DNA of 45,782 nt. Source: a virus. The notes below the pieces were generated by a model. It was not told the DNA's origin. It saw nothing but the letters and a program-made list of their open reading frames with translations, and searched no databases. A program made the position numbers and the translations under genes. Positions 42,350 to 45,782 of the stretch are shown in pieces. The first letter of the stretch is position 1; every line of letters begins with the position of its first letter. The stretch lies in UHGV virus genome UHGV-0242872, one strand, 5' to 3'.

Positions 42350-44287
42350 ATGAGCTTACTTACATCCCTAATTAGCCACCAGATATGGCTGCAACGCACC
42401 GCATCCGGTGAAGTGAAAGACCTCACACCATTCATTCAGGAGATGCGGGATGAAATCAAACGGCAAGTGCTGTTATTCGGTGACGACGGTCGTAGCACCG
42501 CGCGACTGAATAAACTGTTACGCGACCTTGAAGAAGCACTGACCGGGCTTACAGGTGACTGGCAAACAAAGCTGACAGAAGACCTTAAGGAACTGGCGGC
42601 ATATGAGGCTGAGTGGAACGTAAAGACACTGACCGCCAACGTAGCTGCGGAATTTGTTACACCTACCGCTGAACAGGTGTGGGCTGCTGCCGAGTTTCAA
42701 CCGTTATCGTTGAGCGACAAGCCTGTTGACTTCACTAAGCTGATGTCAGGTTGGGGTGAAACCGAAGTCGCGCGCCTGGTAACGGGTGTTAAGATGGGCT
42801 TTGTTCAGGGTAAGACAACACGGCAGATTGTTACAGAAGTAGTCGGTAAAGGCGGGCTGGCTGACGTATCAGAGAAATACGCCGCTACCGTAATCCGCAC
42901 TGCGCTGTCTCACGTGTCCAACGAAGCCCGCAATGAAACATACCGCCAGAACGACGATATCATCGAGAAGTACGAATGGGTGTCAACGCTGGACAGCCGT
43001 ACCAGTACAACGTGTTTCACGGCTGAAACAGAATTAGCGCCCATCGCGGGGATGGACGCGGTAATGCGCGGACTCTATTCAGGAAAAATCTTTACCATCG
43101 AACTTTCCAACGGCGAGAAGTTCAGTGGCACCCCGAAACACCCTGTACTCACGCAATACGGATGGACTCCGCTTGATGAACTCGATCCAACTAAGCATGT
43201 CTTGTATACCACTGTTGACAAAGTGACTGTGCTCGAAACAGTGAAGAACATAAACATGCCAGCCAGAGCGGATTATATTTTTAATACGCTCGCTGATTTC
43301 CCCATCAGGAAAATGGTAAGCACGAGTCCCGCGGCAACAGATTTCTATGGCGATGGAGTGGGACTCAATGGCAAAATCGACATTGTACGGACCGATTGCA
43401 AACTGCGGAACTACGTCCACGCCAGCGGAATTAAACAATTCAAAAGCGAGGGTTTCAGTCTTATTCATAGCGCCGCTTTGCTGTCGGACGATAGCTCTGG
43501 CGATTTTCTCCTCCGGGGTGAATGTCCTGTGAGTGTGCCCGCGCTTAGCGAGGCCAAGTGTTTTGACCATAGAATAGAAAACTGTTTTGCTTACTTGGGT
43601 CCTTCTTATGCACTCAATAGGCGGAACGCCGGACTCGAACAATTCTATAGCCCTTTTTTGATTCAAAATGGTGTCGTTAGAAACCCAACCACGGGGTCGA
43701 TCATGCATGAGTCCGAGCTTCTTGAGAAATGTTGTTACCGTGGTGGTAGTGACGCCGTAATTCTTGGCTATGATGCTGGCGGGAGTGCCATCTCGGTACA
43801 AAGAACAAATATCATCCGCATAAGCGTCGAGTTTAGAACGTGCCATGTTTATACCCTCTCTAGTAGTCAAGGATATTATACAGCAGGTAGTGCGATAGTC
43901 AAGAATTGCAGGGCCAGAGACGGGATGACGTGGGAAATTGGTAAGGGGCCGATGCCCCCAGCCCATCCGAACTGCCGGTCGTGCACGGCTCCGGTAATCA
44001 GTTCCGAGTTCGACTTCCTCGATAAAGGCGCAAAACGCGCGGCTAAAGGCGCGGAAGGTGGCACTCAGGTAAGCGCAGACACCACTTACTACGAGTTCCT
44101 TAAACAACAACCGGCGTGGTTTCAGGACCAGGCGCTCGGCCCGGTGCGAGGTAAGATTTTCCGTAACAGCGGTATATCGCCGGAAGAGTTTCGCGTAATA
44201 TCTGTAGATGGTTTCGGGAATCCGCTCACGCTTAAGCAGATGGCGGAACTCGATAAACGTGTTGCTGATTATCTGAAAGGGGAATAA
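42350..44287 (+). CDS. head morphogenesis protein (Mu F / SPP1 gp7-like) interrupted by an in-frame intein
   Basis: ATG 42350 with AGGAGGG SD; exteins join to give DSRTSTT|CRARDGMTWEIGKGPMPPAHPNCRSC; precursor 645 aa, predicted mature 347 aa. Confidence 0.75.
   Translation: MSLLTSLISHQIWLQRTASGEVKDLTPFIQEMRDEIKRQVLLFGDDGRSTARLNKLLRDLEEALTGLTGDWQTKLTEDLKELAAYEAEWNVKTLTANVAAEFVTPTAEQVWAAAEFQPLSLSDKPVDFTKLMSGWGETEVARLVTGVKMGFVQGKTTRQIVTEVVGKGGLADVSEKYAATVIRTALSHVSNEARNETYRQNDDIIEKYEWVSTLDSRTSTTCFTAETELAPIAGMDAVMRGLYSGKIFTIELSNGEKFSGTPKHPVLTQYGWTPLDELDPTKHVLYTTVDKVTVLETVKNINMPARADYIFNTLADFPIRKMVSTSPAATDFYGDGVGLNGKIDIVRTDCKLRNYVHASGIKQFKSEGFSLIHSAALLSDDSSGDFLLRGECPVSVPALSEAKCFDHRIENCFAYLGPSYALNRRNAGLEQFYSPFLIQNGVVRNPTTGSIMHESELLEKCCYRGGSDAVILGYDAGGSAISVQRTNIIRISVEFRTCHVYTLSSSQGYYTAGSAIVKNCRARDGMTWEIGKGPMPPAHPNCRSCTAPVISSEFDFLDKGAKRAAKGAEGGTQVSADTTYYEFLKQQPAWFQDQALGPVRGKIFRNSGISPEEFRVISVDGFGNPLTLKQMAELDKRVADYLKGE
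43079..43846 (-). CDS. HTH plus DUF559/Vsr-like PD-(D/E)XK endonuclease encoded antisense inside the intein
   Basis: ATG 43846 with GAGAGGG SD; two HTH-like segments; endonuclease core YNVDFAIESHSIAIEICCRG...GWHVYVLH; track ORF extends to 44110. Confidence 0.6.
   Translation of the reverse strand: MARSKLDAYADDICSLYRDGTPASIIAKNYGVTTTTVTTFLKKLGLMHDRPRGWVSNDTILNQKRAIELFESGVPPIECIRRTQVSKTVFYSMVKTLGLAKRGHTHRTFTPEEKIARAIVRQQSGAMNKTETLAFELFNSAGVDVVPQFAIGPYNVDFAIESHSIAIEICCRGTRAYHFPDGEISERIKNIIRSGWHVYVLHCFEHSHFVNSGIQDMLSWIEFIKRSPSVLREYRVFRGATELLAVGKFDGKDFS
43875..43902 (-). promoter_or_regulatory. consensus sigma70 promoter TTGACT-N16-TATAAT inside the intein 3' end
   Basis: -35 at 43902-43897, -10 at 43880-43875 on minus strand, about 30 nt upstream of the antisense ATG. 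Confidence 0.6.
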
Positions 44288-44748
44288 TGATGGGCTTTTT
44301 CAAAGTAACTGACGTACCGTCTCGTCGCGTAGTCCAGTACGCCCGCGTGTCTGGCTCTGGCGAGAACGTGGTATTTATTGAGGACGAAAGTGTACTCGGT
44401 ACACCGGTAGATGATATGCCGTTTGCAGATAAAACCGGTATTGCGTTGCCCGCCGCCGGTATGCTTTATGAAATTCCGTATCTGGCGGACGCTGGCGACG
44501 TGTATTTCTCTGCGCAACCGCAGGACGCTGAACTGGCGGGCGGCAGCGCAACCATCACTGTCGAGGTTAAGGCAGGCAAAGCGCCGTATTCTCTGACCTG
44601 GTACAAAGACGGTAAGGAAGTGGTGAATGCGCCTGAGGAGGCTCTGTCTCTGACGGTTAATGCGGTCGGCGAATACTTCGTTAAAGTTACTGATGCCGAT
44701 GGAGTAGAGGCGGTAAGCAAAGCGGCGAAGGTTACTAAGCCAGAATGA
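44287..44748 (+). CDS. Ig-like domain protein (virion decoration candidate)
   Basis: 153 aa; APYSLTWYKDGKEV...EYFVKVTDADG Ig-like signature; TAATG overlap with upstream gene. Confidence 0.55.
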   Translation: MMGFFKVTDVPSRRVVQYARVSGSGENVVFIEDESVLGTPVDDMPFADKTGIALPAAGMLYEIPYLADAGDVYFSAQPQDAELAGGSATITVEVKAGKAPYSLTWYKDGKEVVNAPEEALSLTVNAVGEYFVKVTDADGVEAVSKAAKVTKPE

Positions 44749-44752
44749 TAAA

Positions 44753-44778
44753 AGGCCCCGTAAGGGGCCTTAGTTTTC
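44753..44778 (+). terminator. intrinsic terminator
   Basis: AGGCCCC-GTAA-GGGGCCT hairpin followed by TAGTTTTC. Confidence 0.7.
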
Positions 44779-44980
44779 AACGGAATCTTGTGTTTAAATC
44801 CTGCTCATGGACAACCCTCAGAACAGTGTCATAATCCCCGTATCTTCCAGGTTCAAATATATCTAATGCCTTGTAAGCAGACATTGCGTCAGGGAAAACC
44901 TGCAGAACCTTTTTAACCCGGCACAAGTCACCGTCGAACTCTTCATCGAACTCTTGAACTACTTCGCAAATTGCATACAT
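44777..44980 (-). CDS. hypothetical acidic protein (67 aa)
   Basis: ATG 44980 with AGGAGG SD; driven by minus-strand TTGCAC-N17-TACTAT promoter. Confidence 0.45.
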   Translation of the reverse strand: MYAICEVVQEFDEEFDGDLCRVKKVLQVFPDAMSAYKALDIFEPGRYGDYDTVLRVVHEQDLNTRFR

Positions 44981-45027
44981 TTTTCACCTCCTGTTTAAGT
45001 TAACTGAATAGTACCCTATTATATTGG
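44977..45027 (+). repeat. 51-nt direct repeat, copy 2
   Basis: 50/51 identical to 42246-42296; the pair brackets the head-morphogenesis/intein/Ig-like segment. Confidence 0.8.
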
Positions 45028-45036
45028 GGTGTGCAA
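45008..45036 (-). promoter_or_regulatory. sigma70-like promoter TTGCAC-N17-TACTAT
   Basis: minus strand; palindrome AATAG-tacc-CTATT 45007-45020 overlaps the -10; part of 51-nt repeat. Confidence 0.55.
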
Positions 45037-45089
45037 ACTATTTATTTACGTATTCCAGTTATTCCACCGAATTGTAAATGTTGGAATAA

Positions 45090-45103
45090 ACTATTCGAAT
45101 AGT
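45090..45103. promoter_or_regulatory. perfect 14-bp palindrome ACTATTCGAATAGT abutting the -35 of the RNA copy 2 promoter
   Basis: same half-sites as the AATAG-N4-CTATT operator but everted. Confidence 0.35.
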
Positions 45104-45131
45104 TGACTTTTCACTAAAAATATGATAAGCT
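45103..45131 (+). promoter_or_regulatory. strong extended -10 promoter TTGACT-N17-TGaTAAGCT driving structured RNA copy 2
   Basis: -35 at 45103-45108, TG at 45123-45124, -10 at 45126-45131. Confidence 0.6.
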
Positions 45132-45137
45132 CCACCT

Positions 45138-45245
45138 GAGCTTGTGAAGTATGAACAAGCGACCGCGGCGCGGGCAGGTAACGGAGCGGGACGTAAGTCC
45201 TGAGTGTAGTTACGCTGACGCGTTCGGAAGGGCCATACTCTATTG
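45138..45245 (+). ncRNA. structured RNA element, copy 2
   Basis: first 43 nt identical to copy 1 from the -10 onward; inner stem GGAC-GUAA-GUCC replaces GUGC-GUCA-GCAC of copy 1. Confidence 0.45.
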
Positions 45246-45311
45246 CTTGTGTAAAAAGTAACTGGTTTACTGAGATTACGCCGTTTCTATGTTTAAATGA
45301 TAAGGACTAGC

Positions 45312-45339
45312 GCCCCGCTTTAAGGCGGGGCTTTACTTA
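45312..45339 (+). terminator. intrinsic terminator downstream of RNA copy 2
   Basis: GCCCCGC-TTTAAG-GCGGGGC hairpin followed by TTTACTTA. Confidence 0.65.
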
Positions 45340-45355
45340 TCGAGAAAGGAGAAAC

Positions 45356-45742
45356 ATGAATCTTAAAGCAACCGTCGTAGCAGGAGCATGTTTCATCATC
45401 CTGGCTTACACACACGGCATTTATCAGTACCGCAGCGGCTGGCACGAAGGCCGCGCTAATCTCGTTTCGCAGCAACAGCAGAAAGCGCAGGCTGAGTTAG
45501 CGAAGAAAACACAACGGCAGCAGCAGGACGAATCGAAGGCAGCCGCCGCTGACAACGAAGGCAAGACGAAATCAGAGGTGATTACCCGTGAAGTCGTTAA
45601 GTACATTAGAACGCCTGGTCGCAGCGTGTGCACTTTTGACCCTGAGCGCGTGCAGCTCAAGTCCCGCGCCGTCGCAAACGCCAATTCCATCCCCGGATAT
45701 GACAATGATGCAGCCGCCGTGCAAGCTGGCGCTGCCAAGTAG
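45356..45742 (+). CDS. i-spanin (Rz-like)
   Basis: AAAGGAG SD; N-terminal TM helix then Gln/Ala-rich periplasmic region; embedded +1 lipoprotein ORF. Confidence 0.6.
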   Translation: MNLKATVVAGACFIILAYTHGIYQYRSGWHEGRANLVSQQQQKAQAELAKKTQRQQQDESKAAAADNEGKTKSEVITREVVKYIRTPGRSVCTFDPERVQLKSRAVANANSIPGYDNDAAAVQAGAAK

Positions 45743-45782
45743 CGACGCCGATGAGGATTTGGCTATCGACGTTCAGAACGCC
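45588..45782 (+). CDS. o-spanin (Rz1-like lipoprotein), +1 frame inside Rz, partial at window end
   Basis: GTG 45588 with GAGG SD; lipobox LSAC; Pro-rich; no stop before window end. Confidence 0.5.
   Translation, partial: MKSLSTLERLVAACALLTLSACSSSPAPSQTPIPSPDMTMMQPPCKLALPSSDADEDLAIDVQNA

Larger units (their letters stand above)
43013..43906 (+). mobile_element. intein (Hint domain, 298 aa) within head morphogenesis gene
   Basis: starts with Cys (CFTAETEL); block B TPKHPVLTQYGWTPLDEL; blocks F/G HVYTLSSSQGYYTAGSAIVKN followed by Cys +1; no endonuclease motif in the forward frame. Confidence 0.7.

Noticed and set aside
43200-43830. In-frame homing endonuclease domain within the intein (forward strand)
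   Set aside because: No LAGLIDADG or HNH signature recognisable in the forward translation of the intein interior; the endonuclease-like sequence is on the reverse strand instead.
43847-44110. Upstream extension of the antisense endonuclease ORF into the C-extein
   Set aside because: No SD or promoter before the 44110 start; the internal ATG at 43846 has a GAGAGGG SD and a TTGACT-N16-TATAAT promoter, so the shorter gene was annotated.
1-45782. Lysogeny module (integrase, CI repressor, attP)
   Set aside because: No tyrosine/serine recombinase motifs or long repressor-like HTH protein found on either strand; the phage is treated as virulent, though a gene just outside the window cannot be excluded.

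Overview
The window reads as a complete or near-complete genome of a virulent tailed dsDNA phage (siphovirus-type) of an enterobacterial host, linearised inside the late region. No integrase or CI-type repressor is visible. Gene order and content resemble Jersey-like (Guernseyvirinae) phages, but that is inference from memory, not a search result. Layout: (1) 152-19027 (+) structural block: scaffold, major capsid, Ig-like proteins, connector and tail genes, tape measure, tail tip, beta-helix tailspike; it is interrupted at 6331-8801 by a minus-strand moron cassette. (2) 19056-28284 (-) one long leftward early operon: Cys-rich and acidic proteins, Cas4-like exonuclease, SSB-like protein, family A DNA polymerase, HNH-AP2 endonuclease, VRR-NUC, orphan C5 methyltransferase, SNF2 helicase. 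(3) 28406-28621 (+) lone Cro/XRE-type HTH gene in a divergent promoter region. (4) 28635-31666 (-) primase-helicase operon. (5) 32146-38571 (+) about 25 small early genes plus holin and endolysin. (6) 38791-44748 (+) terS, terL, portal, head-morphogenesis protein, Ig-like protein. (7) 45356-end: Rz/Rz1 spanins. Most notable findings: the head-morphogenesis gene carries an in-frame intein (43013-43906) whose interior encodes, on the opposite strand and from its own consensus promoter, an HTH plus DUF559/Vsr-like endonuclease; two paralogous structured RNA elements sit directly downstream of near-consensus promoters and show compensatory base-pair changes; the moron cassette combines an Imm-like membrane protein with three phosphoryl-transfer enzymes; and an AATAG-N4-CTATT palindrome recurs at about ten early promoters. 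All assignments rest on motif recognition, ORF geometry and promoter/terminator reading of the raw sequence; no homology search or RNA folding was run.
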